Positions 1-12,500 of a DNA stretch of 64,000 nt are shown in pieces. The DNA is from Eutreptiella sp. 'Long Island Sound 2002' (lineage: Eukaryota > Protista > Euglenida), in NCBI GenBank assembly GCA_964036045.1, contig OZ038379.1, positions 17,670,001-17,734,000 on the forward strand, given 5' to 3'. The translations under genes and the position numbers were made by a program. The notes beneath the pieces were generated by a model, which saw only the letters and a list, made by a program, of their open reading frames with translations, ran no database searches and was not told where the DNA came from. How positions within the stretch are numbered: position 1 is the stretch's first letter; each line of letters starts with the position of its first letter.

Positions 1-434
1 CAAACGCCGTTGGTTGCCCTTCAAATGTCAAGCGCGTCCTGTGTCAGCTCGTACCTCCGGACGAGCACAGGGGCGTTGGGTTGGGTGTGTGCCCATTCAT
101 CATATTGACGCTTCCTGAAGCGCTCTTCATCACCCAGACGGAGAAGCTGACGCATCAGGACATTGCAGGCTACCCTTGCGCTGGACTTGGGGATGTGGAC
201 CACTGCTGACGCTGACGCTGCTCAAGACAGACGCAGTGAAAGCTGTCACCTATAAACACAGGGCCATGTCAATTCATGTCCTGACCCGAGGGACTGGGGT
301 CCTACGCAAAGCAGTCAACGTGTGTTGGGAGGAGGGGGGGGGGAGGGGGCTCGGGTTGCGTCGTATCCTGCATAGTAATTGATGTAGCAGGGGATTCAGC
401 CCATTCCGTCTCTGCATACTCCGCAGTATCATAC

Positions 435-587
435 CTACACATGCGCCTCTGTACACCACCTCGAGACCCGGGTCAGTGCACTGCCGGGCAAATTCAAAGC
501 GGCAGGGGTTGCTGTATGTGATGCCGTCCGAGGCACACAAGGGATCATACTCCGAAGTGCAAGCTGCACTCGAGCAGCCTGAGGGAC
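435..587 (-). CDS. Gene A exon 18, Kazal-type domain
   Basis: gtcag|GPSGCSSAACTSEYDPLCASDGITYSNPCRFEFARQCTDPGLEVVYRGACVG|gtatga; 153 nt; P1 would be Ser. Confidence 0.9.
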   Translation of the reverse strand, partial: VPQAARVQLALRSMIPCVPRTASHTATPAALNLPGSALTRVSRWCTEAHV

Positions 588-3500
588 CTGACGGGACAAG
601 ACAGAAAACATGCAACGATCAGGTCGCACAAGGCCGGGCATGGTGAATCGTTTGGTGCCAAGGCAGGTGCATGCGAACCCACAGAGAACCATGTAGCAAC
701 AACAATAACAAGCATGGAAGCACTTCACCAATCCGTTTTGTGAACTACTCTTTCATGACGGCCCAGCACCGGCTGCAAGTCTAGGGGCTTAAACCCGGAC
801 AGTTGCTCTTGCCAAATCCTGAGTTTGAGCCCGCAACTCACCGATGGCAGCTCGGCGTCCAAGCGCCAAGTCTGGAGGTGCCCTGCCAAACCTGTGCACT
901 TTTCAGCCATTTTTCACCCAAAACAGCCCCAAAACGAGTTCAAAACACCCAAACCAAGGAAAACAAGTGGCGTCAACCACAACCAGCTTGGTTACCCTGT
1001 ACCAAAGGGGGAGTATGTGCGCCGCGCGGCGTTACTTTTACCGCGTGTTTTCCCAGAACGGCCTAAGCTTTCCCCCCTCGTAAAATGCCCTATGGAGGGA
1101 AAACCCCTTGGTGGTAAGCTACATTGCTTGGTCAGGATAGAAGGCCGAGTCTCTGCGCGCTGCGTTAGGGGCTCCCCCAAAGAGCCGTTCGGTGGCCTTT
1201 AACTCCAAAGTATGACCGAGAAACGCCTCAAAAATGCTCCAAAATGGCCTGGAATTTGCACAACTTTGGCTCACCAACCCCAAACCAAGAATGGCGCATA
1301 CCTTGGGCTATGTGGCTCAAAACAGGATTTTGCGGGGACCTAGTACCCCTGAAATCCGCCACTTTTTCTGATTTTCACACATCAGAGACACGCAAACGGA
1401 CGCCTAGACACCCGTCCTAGTGGCTGCTTGGCTCAGGGAAGCAACAAGCTCAAGCCTCAACCAGTGGGTGCCCAAATGGGTCAACTGGGCCACCAGGGGC
1501 CAAAAAATGATCGTTTCCAAAAATGATCATAAACCACTTTGGATACCAAAACAGGTGGTTTGAGCCTAGTTTGAGCCCATTTGGGCATGTTATGGCCCCA
1601 CAAAGGTGCCAAAGGACCTTGAACATGGGCCATTTTGGGGGCTGAAATGGGTTTAAAATGGGTTCAAAACGTGCTCTTCTGAAAACGATCCTGGACCACT
1701 TGGGGTGCTTTGGCAAGGGAATGGAGCCCATTTTGAGCCCGTTTTGACGCAATTTGGCCTATCACATACAAACCATAGCCCTTCAACCACACTTCAAGGC
1801 CAACCCCGCTTGCGGTGGGAGAGTGTGGATTGGCGGGAGAGGGGTGTGGATTGGTGGATATATAGATTGCCACACCCTTCAAAGCTGACAAGCAACAAGC
1901 AACAAGCAAGCAACAAGCACGTTATCATACCGTTTTGGCCATTACCCCGTCCCAATGCTTCGGGGTCTGCTCTACTCTGGCCATCCTAGAGCCTAGGTGG
2001 TGGCCTTGCCAAATCCAAGTTTTCGGCCAAAGACTCGCTGATGGCGCCCCAGGGCGCAGGCGCCAAGTTAGGATGTGCCCTCCGAGATCTGACTTGGTTT
2101 GGGCCAAAAATAGCCGCTTTTTGCCCAAACCAGCCCTAGAACCCATTCAAAACAGCAGAACAAAGGAAAACGGTTGGCACACTCCACAATTCCACAATTC
2201 CTCGTGTCCTCTGATTCCACAATATGTCCAAGAAACGCCCCCAGCAGCCCCCATAAGGCCCCACAATCTGTGTGGATTGGCCGCACACAGCACCAAACCA
2301 AGAATGGGCCATATCTTGGGCTTAAAACGCGATTCCAAGGGCACCTAGTCCACCTGCAGCCCCCCACTTTTTGTGGTTGCCACACCTCAAAATTGCCCAA
2401 ACAAGCCCCTTGGATGTGTCCATGAGCCTCTTAGAGGTGCCCCTGGGCCCCTTTAAGGGTTGTTGTGCTGTAACAGCCCACTTGTATGCATCTGAGCAAA
2501 AACTCGGCCAAAATTTTAATCCCTTGTTACGAGAATTTCTCTGCGAGGTGGACTTGCCGAAGGCATTAGACTTTTTCGACTTTGGGACAAAAAAAATTGG
2601 GTTGATCCCGAGTCTGCGGGCATTGTTTCAGCCACGTGGGATGGGGGCTTAGTTTTGTGAAGCACGAATGCATTTTTGGCGGCCTCAGGGACCCGTGGTA
2701 CCCTCCACAAAGGCTGGGTTTGGGAATGTTGTGACAGCACACTTATGATACGGTGGAAAAGAAGATGTTTTGCTGCTTCCTAGCCCTACCCAGCACCAGC
2801 CATGGATTGTTTGAAAGACAGAAAATCACTGTGTGAACTGGAAATCAGGTCAATAATGCACTCAACCTTTGCCGCTCAAATCGAAATCTCCACAACCAAC
2901 TTTCTGAGGTTGCGGTCGCTCACAATGATCAAATATCCCATGTAAAGCACGTTCTGGGACTCTTATGTGCTTTTCACCTCAATAGCCATTAACGGGCCTT
3001 TGGGTGCAGGGGGGAAAGGGGGGGGGGGGGTCCGAGAGTTGTTGGGTGCAATTCTCTGTAAGGTGGACTTGCCGAAGGCAATAATGTTCAAGCACAATTC
3101 AAGCTGGTTATCCGTTTTGAACACCGAAGGAAGAAGAAAATTATCCAGGCTGCACAACAATGGCATCTCAGGTGTTGGCCCTGTGGTTTCACACACCTAC
3201 GCAGGCAGGCAATTGGAAAACAATGGTTTGCGGCAACAGCAGATGACAGACATGCAAGAGCTGCAGGGCAAAAAACGAAGCACCCAAACAACGTTCTGAT
3301 GAGGGTCCTGTGCTGAAAAGGGCCCCATCACTGACCAACCTGCCCTTCAAGAGCAATCAACTGACCACATAGAAGCAATGCAATCCGATCCGAGGTCAAC
3401 CATTAGCAGTTATGGAGAAAGGGGTTGAAGGTCTCGGCCCCTGCCGAAAAAGACGGCAAGGAACCAACCCCACAGTTTAAGGCATCCCCCCCTCTGCATG

Positions 3501-6500
3501 AAGGAACCTCCCACACTTTCCTGAACTCTTGCACAGAATGACGTGCATCCCCAACAAGTGCAGGGCCACTACTACCCATTCACACGATGCACAGCTCCTC
3601 ATCAGCGACTACATCGAATGCTCACATCCTTGAGCCAACTTGCCTCTCTGTTAGCACGCGCGGCCCTTGCAGTCGCAGCAGCCAGCATCCAACAGCACAC
3701 CACATACCCGGGCGAGGGCCGCAATTCACTGTGTTGCCATGATCGTCCAACCACACAGCACTGCAGCCACCACAGTAATTGGGGGTGCACGTTGCAGCTG
3801 AGGCGTTGGTGCAGTTGCTAAAGCTGCAAGGATCGGCAAAGCACACAACTGGCTGACTGCCATCTGGACAATCTACAAAACATCAAAAGCAGAGCGACTG
3901 CAAGAAGGGAACAAAGAGGGCAGGAGACAGCGAGTGAGAGAGAGAGGGAGGGAGGGAGTGGAGGAGGGGAGGTTACGGGGAGGGACCGCAACTTAATGAC
4001 ACAATTAATGACAGACAGACAGGCCCATAGACAGACAGACACCAGGCTGGACCGCTTCTTCCCATCCCAAACGACCTTCCAAGCGGGTTGTACCCACCAG
4101 AAATTGCCCCCCGCTTTTCCATCCGCTTACAACTGCCTATGCAACTACTCTTGAATCCCTCCCTTTAGCCCCCTCCCCCTCAAGGGATTACAGCAGCTGA
4201 TTGTCAGATGCCTTGCCAATTAAACATGGAGGCGGATGCGGAGTTGTCCCCCAGCAGAGGACAGATTCCCGGTCCGAAGCCATGGAAAATGGCAGGCAAC
4301 ATTACTGACTGCTTGGGCACCGTACTGGTCCAATAAACCGGTGGTGCGCTCCTGGTACTTCCCGCAGTGCCTGGCGGCATCCCCGGCCGCTGTGTCACAG
4401 ACGCGGAGCGCACGCACCCACTGGTCGCGCTTGGTGCAGTCCGAAAGCATGCGACTGGTACAAGAGGGACTCGTGGTCGAGAGAGCCGTTGTTTGGTGGC
4501 GCCTCGGGCAAGAACTCTCGTCTGTTTCGCCCACTGATGGCATGTGTTCGCCAAAGGGATGCTTGAAACCGGGGGGCAGGGAATACGCAGTGGTGTGGGT
4601 GCAGGATGATCGGGTGCGTTTGGGGGGCGGGTTTTGGACCATCAAAGGCGGGGCTGGTCTGCCTGTTGGTACCTCCGGTTGAACGTGTGTTGTTAAGGCG
4701 TGCCCCCGGACTGTGTGTGGTCCAACGGGGGGTGCCATAAAGGCTCCGGTACTTGCGGGTGTACGCACCGGTTTGGGTTCTCAGGAGGAAATGGTCCACA
4801 CAGCCTGTCCACAGACGGTGGGGAAACGCAATTTTGGTGGGTGAGATCGGGCACTACTGTCGAAGTAGGGATTTTACGACGCGTCGGGCCCCGACACCTC
4901 CCGACGCGTCGTACATCCCCGACGCGTCGGGCCCCGACACCTTGTACGACACTGTACGACGCGTCGTACATCCCCGACGCGTCGGGCCCCGACACCTTGT
5001 ACGACACAGTACGACGCGTCGTACAGTGTCGTACGACACTGTACGACGCTGTACGACACTGTACGACACTGTACGACACTGTACGACACTGTACGACGCG
5101 TCGTACAGTGTCGTACGACGCTGGTACGACACAGTACGACACAGTACGACACAGTACGACACAGTACGACGCAGTACGACACAGTACGACACAGTACGAC
5201 ACAGTACGACACAGTACGACACAGTACGACACTGTACGACACAGTACGACACAGTACGACACAGTACGACACTGTACGACACTGTACGACACAGTACGAC
5301 ACAGTACGACACTGTACGACACAGTACGACGCGTCGTACAGTGTCGTACGACATATATATGTATATATATGTATGTATGTATACACTGTACGACACAGTA
5401 CGACACAGTACGACACTGTACGACACTGTACGACGCGTCGTACATCCCCGACGCGTCGGGCCCCGACGCCTTGTACGACACTGTACGACGCGTCGTACGC
5501 TCCCGACGCGTCGGGCCCCGACACCTTGTACGACGCCCCGACGCGTCGTACAGTGCATTTCCGACAGCACTCAGGAGGAAATGGTCCACACAGCCTGTCC
5601 ACAGACGGTGGGGAAACGCAATTTTGGTGGGTGAGATCGGGACCTTGTGGGTGGGGGGGGGGGGGGGGCGTCTGTCCCGCCGCTGACGATTGCAGCTACT
5701 GCCCCCGTGGGGTCCACCCCCCTGCCAGCGCCGACAGGCTTCACGTGCAGTCATTCCCAGGCCGTCAGGTTTTGGAGGGAGGGTGCGGAGGGGTCCCCAA
5801 GTGTGGGCACAAGGGGATACGGACAGAGCGCGCAGAGGGAGACATTCCACGAGTTGCAGTGGAAGGGCCCAGGGGAAGGGCGTTCAGTGGGACCTTACAC
5901 CGCACGCAGGGCACGGACCTATGTTTGTCGCTTTGCACTCTCCCTCCGAAGCCACAGCGAGGTCCTCGTTGTAGCACCTCTTCTCGTACACAAACTCGCA
6001 GGGGTTGCTGTAGGTACGGCCGTCCGAGCCGCACAGTGGTGCGTGCTCTTTGGTGCAAATGGGAGGCTGGTCGCAATCTGAGCGAACAACGCCGGTGTGA
6101 AGACGACGAGGAGACTGTCCCCCTGGGCGTCGTTGTGGATCAGTGTTGCAGGGAAGGTCCGCGCATTCCACCCCGCGCGCACACCGGCGCGCTTGGCGCA
6201 GCCGCCCCCCCTCCCGGTGCCCGAACCCAAGAAATGCCGGTGAAATACCTCGTCAATTCTCCAAACTGGACAACTCCCGCCTTCGGCCGCTCACCGTCGC
6301 TGTGTTCAAACCGCGACCACTAATGGACTCCGGCGCTGCTGGGGTTCGGCATTGAAAAACACGGTTCGTCACAAAAAAAAAACACTCACCAACTATCCCT
6401 CGGAAAGGAGAGCAGGGGTCGCGGGCGGGGGCGAAGGGGGGGGGGGGGACGGTCGCGTGCACAGACGGGGCCCGAAGCAGAGACACGGAATTCCGTCCCA

Positions 6501-9500
6501 GAGTACTGATTGCAGATCCCAGAGCACTCGACACGAGGGATGCCCATTCATCGCCACCGCACGGGTGATGCCACAGCCCCCCGTAGGCAGCATGGGCTAT
6601 TGCACGTGCGTGCAAGAGGTGATCAGCCCGAACTGCACGAAGGAAATTGGCCCTAAAAGACCACGGGTACCTTTCTGTCATGAGAGAGTGCAACGCGAAG
6701 ATGACCTGTGGGTAGCCTCCCTCCCCCCCTTCGCTGGCCATGTTCCCATTCCTTCAGATTGGCCCTGTTAAAGCCCTGGTTCAAGAAGTGCAGCCCAAAG
6801 CGGTGTCCGCCTTTGGAGAAGCCCGTCTCGGCGGTCGGATGTGAGTGTGGCTGGGGCGATGGGGGGGAGATCGCTGACCACTGCATCTCAAGACCTCTTC
6901 GCAATCAACAGAGAATTGGCGGTGGGCTCGGCACAACGTCCTCGGGCACGCAGCACCGATTTGCTGGAGGCGCTGGTGAGGGACGCTGGACGCATGTGAG
7001 CACTGATGCCCGTGTTTGTTGCGGCAGATGGAGGGCCGCAGTGCCTCAAATCCTGGCACTCACTGTCATGGCCCAGGGGGACGGTTGTTACGACACATCG
7101 ATTGTCCCCATCCCATCGTGCGTACAAAAGCAATCTGGCTTTTGCTGCAAGGCAGGGGATGGCACACTGCCGTGGCGTCAAAATGCAGGTTATGAGCATG
7201 GCTCTTCGGACAACCGGGCCCTCTGGCAGCCACACACCTGTTGCACACGGGTCACCACCTCCACCGGGAGCCCCTGGGCAGTTAAATGTCCCGTCTCCAT
7301 TGGAGCACACCCATTCCCCCGAAGTTGGACAACACGTGTGATTCATGGGACAGTCCGCATTGCCATATTGTCCGGGCTCTTTGCCGGGGACACAGCATTG
7401 GAGGCCTGCAAAGGGAGCGCAATGCTGTGCAGGGCAGCAGCTGACCGCAAGCCGGGCATCAGGGTGACATGCCGGTGATGCAAAGACACGACAAATACCG
7501 GCCACCCTGATTTGTACCGTGCGACGTGTGAGTGGCCCTCCCTCCGCTGTGTGCCCTCCACACGCCTCCTGCATGTCCCTCCCTCCGCTGTGTGCCCTCT
7601 CTACTGTGTGCCCTCCGCACACACCCTGTGTGCCTCTGCCCTCCACTGCACCCCCTCTGTGCATCGCCTCTGTGTGTCAACCGGGCGTGTTCTGCACGAC
7701 CCTTGTAGGTCTACTGGGCCGTCTAAACCCCACCCCTGTAAAAGCACCCCAGGGGTTTTGTGTTTCTGGGGTCCCCAGGGGGGCTGGTTTTATCGGGGGG
7801 GGGGGGGGGTGTTACGCTCAGATGGTACAAGTACCCCCTGTTGTATTGCCCATCAGCCGCCCTATTGTTCGTCCCAGTCACTATGGCAGATATTGTTTTG
7901 CCCAGCATTGCGTGTGATGATGATGCCCCTGACATGTTAGACATCAGATGCTGAAAGCATCTCTGATGGAGTTCCTGCAGATCTGCTTGATGTTGAGGAA
8001 GATGTTGATGACGAAGAAGGTGCCGTAGTACGGATGCACCCAGGGCTTGACAATGTTATTGAGCAGATGAACGCCTTGGAAGCGTGGGAGAAGGCAGATC
8101 CGAATGCTCGAGACGCGGGTGCTGTAGGCGCTGCCAATGCTGCCGCTGATGGTGCTGAAGTCGCTGCTGATGGTGCTGAGTGGAGGAGCATGCTTTGAGG
8201 CCCAAGGGGGGAATGGTTTTATGATCTGGAATTTCTGGGGCCCCGGAGGGGGGGGGGGTTATCATGGCGGAGGGGGGGGTACATGCCACCTGTGTCCACT
8301 GCAAGCCCCTGAGGACTGGCCTGACCACGGACCGCGAAGTTTGGGGGGTGCTCTCACCCCCCAGTTCCCGGTCAGGGGGTTGCGGACCACCACGCGTTGC
8401 ACATCAGTGGGCCGCAGCATGCGGCCCGCAGTGTTTTGCTCCCTGGGCCATGGGCCGTGCAGCTCCCGGCAGTTCTGTGCTTGGGCCGACGGTCTGTGGA
8501 CCCGGAGCGCGAGTGCTGGGGCCTGGGGGCGGGCGGAGGGGGTGGGGCCAAAGCAGACTTCCGAGAGGAATCGCGGGGATGGGGCCCCCAGACCATCAGT
8601 GCGCCGCGCTGGGTACTCTGAGGTACGGATTGTGGGGTACCCACTTTTGTTGATTGTTTCTCTCCGCCGCCCTCGACGCCCTGTTTTCGTGCTTGAAGAA
8701 TGGTCTCCGGGCACCTCCAGGGCCCAGTATTCATGGCTCTGGATTTGGCGTAGGTTGAGAGAGGCGGGAGGGTTGTTTCCAGAGCACCGGCAAAAGCAGT
8801 TATTGTCGGTTGGAGAGGCGGTTGTTTGGGCAAGTGCTGGCGGTTACCAAACGGTTCGAGGGCAGACGGGCAGTTGAAAGCAGGTGGAACAGAAGTGACC
8901 GGCCCTGAGGGGGGGGGGGGGGGTGCCCCATCCCCCCCCCCTTTAGGCGCATCCCTGGTCCCAGAGGAGGAAACAGGGGGGGGGGTCTACACCTCCGCGA
9001 CACCTCAGCGCCCCCCTGTGTGGCACACGGCATTACACACTGGAGGAGACACAAGACCTGGGGATGGAAACGGAGATGGCGATGGTGAAGGGGATGGGGA
9101 CTCTGATGGCGATGCAAGTGGAGATGGGGACTCGGATGGCGAGGGTTCCACTGGGGACGGCGACAGTGATGGGGACGGCGAGGGCGATGGCGATGCTGCA
9201 AATGAATAACGGATATCGACAGTGCGTCGCCACAAATGAACAGGGGGGGGGGGGGGTGAGACCGAATAAAAAAAAGACAAATGCAAACCAGAGGCAGTGC
9301 CCTCCACAGTAAGGCATGAGTGCAGCTTTATTTTCTATGCCACACCTGGTCAAACCTGAAGACACAGGGGGGGGGGGGGGCATTGCACAGTGGTTATGAA
9401 TCGATGATCTCGGCGCCAGAGGGAGCTCCCCTGGGGCGCTTCGATGGTCACCGACCGAAAACCAGTGGTGATTGGATGAGTGTCTTGGTACTGTAAATTT

Positions 9501-12500
9501 TCAGTTCGACCGCATTCCGTCCACCTTGTGCCTTCAATTCAAGACATTGGCTGTGCTACGGCATCCGTGGCAACCATGTCACCAGTAAACTCATGTACTG
9601 AATCAAATCGTACCTGTGACTACCACAACACAAGCAATACCACAAGCAGTACCACAGAAGATACGAAATTGTCCACAAGAAGCAAAGAGAAGCATCATAC
9701 GATCTGTGAAATTGCACGCTCTGCACGTTCCTCCGAATTCCCAATCCCCAACGACATTGCACATGGCGTAGGCATAGCCCCCGTATCCAGCAGGACAGAT
9801 GACATCACACGCGCCCCCGTAGCGATGGTTTGCACAGGCCGAGAAATCGAAATGGGACGGACCGGCCGTCACCGGACTATCGCAGTCGGGCAGCTCTGTC
9901 AAGAAGCGATGAGAGTGGGCGGTGGGGGGGGGGGGGACCCGCAGTGTACGATCCGCAACCGCCAATGCAGTCTGAAGTCGTGCCACCTCGTTTCTCGACG
10001 CGCATCCAGCAGCACAAAGGACGGGCACATTTGGTCAGCGGCTGGGGAGCGGGGCTGACGGTTTCGCAAGGCGTTGCGAAGGACAACAACGGCGAGAGCC
10101 CTGGCGGGGGATGGGGCGCAGGGTCACAGGTAAATGATAAGTGTTGTAGGACGCAGCGTCTTGGAGAATCGTTGAGGAATAAGAAAACATCTGAAAAGGC
10201 GGGGCCGAACGCACCCATCTCAAAATTACAGAGTATTCGGCGGGCATTGATCTGCAGCAAGTAGACTGTGATCTGCAGTTTGTAGCCATCGACGTGTAAC
10301 TGGGAGGCATCGTATTGGACCAGTGTCTAAGACAATCACAGACGCGTACCATATCCAAGATCAGAGTACCGCAACCACCTCTCATCACAAATGCCGTGCG
10401 CCCGGGTTCGTTGTCGCGCAGGCACCGGGTCTTCATCACTCAACCCCCATCAGGACTGGCCGGCCGCATCACCCCATTCCGCTGTCGGATGCGATGCCCC
10501 CCCCCCCCCGCGATCCGGCGGAGGGGGGGCATTCCGAGCTCAAGGATGATGATGGAACTATAACTTTGTCAGGGGGGGGGGGGGCACTTTGGGTATTGTG
10601 CAGCATAACCGGTGGCCAGTGCCCTGCATTTCTCCCTCACCTGGTGTTGTTCATCGGGGGGGGGGGGCTTTGTGGGGGGGGGGGGAGTGGAATGGCTGTG
10701 CCACGGCTCACAACTGCAGCCCTCTGCCCCCGTGGCCTCCACTGCCCTGCCGGCGCTCACAGGCCTCAACGACGGACCGCGAAGTTTGGAGGGCGCCCTG
10801 CACCACATCTGATGTGGGAACTGCAACACAGTGCGCGGGGCTCCGGATCACCAAGTGTCACGCATCCGTGGGGCGCCGCATTGCCAGGCCTGGGCCCGTG
10901 TGTCGGGAGGGGGGGGGGGCCTCAAGGCGCCGCCGATTTGCCGGGGGGTTGCCATACCCGTGTGCCGGGGGGTTGCCCCCCCCCCCCCCAGAGCCCGAGG
11001 ATTTTTGTCAGATTTGTGAGCCGTTTCGTTTGAACACATCCGCCCAAAAGAATTCAAAACAAAGTCATGGCACTGGCCCAAAGAGCCCGGACGGGGGGGG
11101 GGGGTCTTTAAGAGCAAACCAAAAAACGCCAGCGGCCCTTCGCAGTCTCTACGGTCGCTGCCAATCAACGGCGGTTGGCAGTTCACCGACGGTGCACAGA
11201 GTGCGGGCGGTTAGGGGGGGGGACGGGCAAAGAGCTCCAGAAAGACCTCCCTGCGTCCAGAGGAGGGCTCTGTCGTCAGTCAGCCCACGAGCGGGGCCAC
11301 CAGTCGCTGGAGGCACGGGGCCTTCACAGAGGGGGCCCACGCTTGGGCCATGTGCCCGTCACTGTGCGAAGCCCAAGGCAGCCCCCAACGCACACCTGTG
11401 CAAAACCCTTTGTACACCCACTCCCCATCATCACAATAGGCACTGGCATAGCCCAGGTACCCAGGCTCGCAACTTCCCACGCAGTAGTCCCCATCCAACG
11501 TGGTATCGCATGAAGGGAACGCCCACCGTGATTGACTTGGGGGTCCGCAGTCCCGACGCACTGCGAGCGAGCAATGGATGGTGCCGACGTGCACTGGCAC
11601 AAGGGATGCGTGGCCCAAGCAATCCGATGGCGACATGGCCCTTCGTCAGGGCCTACGGGTGGGGGGAAAGGCTGCCGTCCAACGGATGGTCACGCAGTCC
11701 ATAGTGCGGGACGAAAAAGGGCGGAGGGGGCGGGGATGCCACAAAGGCTCAGCAACAGTGCCGGATAATACTTCCGGTGCGGACAAACAGCTGCTCAATA
11801 CGTCTGGTATAGCGCTTGGTGGGGTCGGGTGGCCCGCACCCTCTCACTCAGTGCAGTCCCTCGCACACGCGCGCGTGCACTCGCACGGCCTCCCTCGCTC
11901 ACTCAATCAATTGTCCCCGTGCTTTGCTTCGCTTCAACTCGTGGCACAACTCACCACGGCATCGGGTGTCGGAGGTCCAATCTTAGGCCAAGTGATGTCG
12001 GATGGGGGGGCTCAGGCGCGGCAGGGCCCCAGGCAAGAAAGAGACCGCTCGGTGTCACGCATGCACTTTGTTGACGGGGGTCCTAAGTGTTCGTGGCGGT
12101 CGTGCTACCTCCCCCGTCACTGTCCGTTTGCCACCCCACGAAGACAGCCGCGTGGTGTGCCTGTGCCTGCGTCTGTGCCTGTGCCCGTGCCCGTACCTGT
12201 GCCCGTGCCTGTGCCGCGGTGGCAAAAGCGGTTGCTGGCGACTGAAAAGCGGTTGGAGACAAAATCAAGCAGTTGCAAAACGGTTGGAGAGCGGTTGGGA
12301 CGAAATGGAAGCGGTTGGGGTGAAACGGACCCTCAAACCCAAATCCCCTGAAGGCTGCCTTTTTACCCTAGCGGCCTGACCAGCCCTCCTCACGGTCTAA
12401 TCCCGTGCCCCCTACTGCGTTCTGCAGCTGCATACCGTACCAATATTAACGTTTGCAGAATACTAACTTTTTGCGTTGGGTGTTTTGAATTATATTTGCG

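Noticed and set aside
3290-3335. Hammerhead ribozyme candidates at CTGATGA motifs (3296, 41570, 50960)
   Set aside because: There is no correctly placed GAAA with stem II/III and a UH cleavage triplet; these are simple hairpins.
4220-4480. Extra gene A exon (DCTKRDQWVRALRVCD…)
   Set aside because: The phase-1 reading at the acceptor gives a non-modular peptide; this is more likely a retroelement remnant.
4780-5641. CRISPR-like array
   Set aside because: The units are contiguous tandem repeats with no unique spacers, the context is eukaryotic, and there are no cas genes.
4693-5850. Long 240-385 aa ORFs on both strands
   Set aside because: These are translations of the stop-free 9-bp satellite, not genes.
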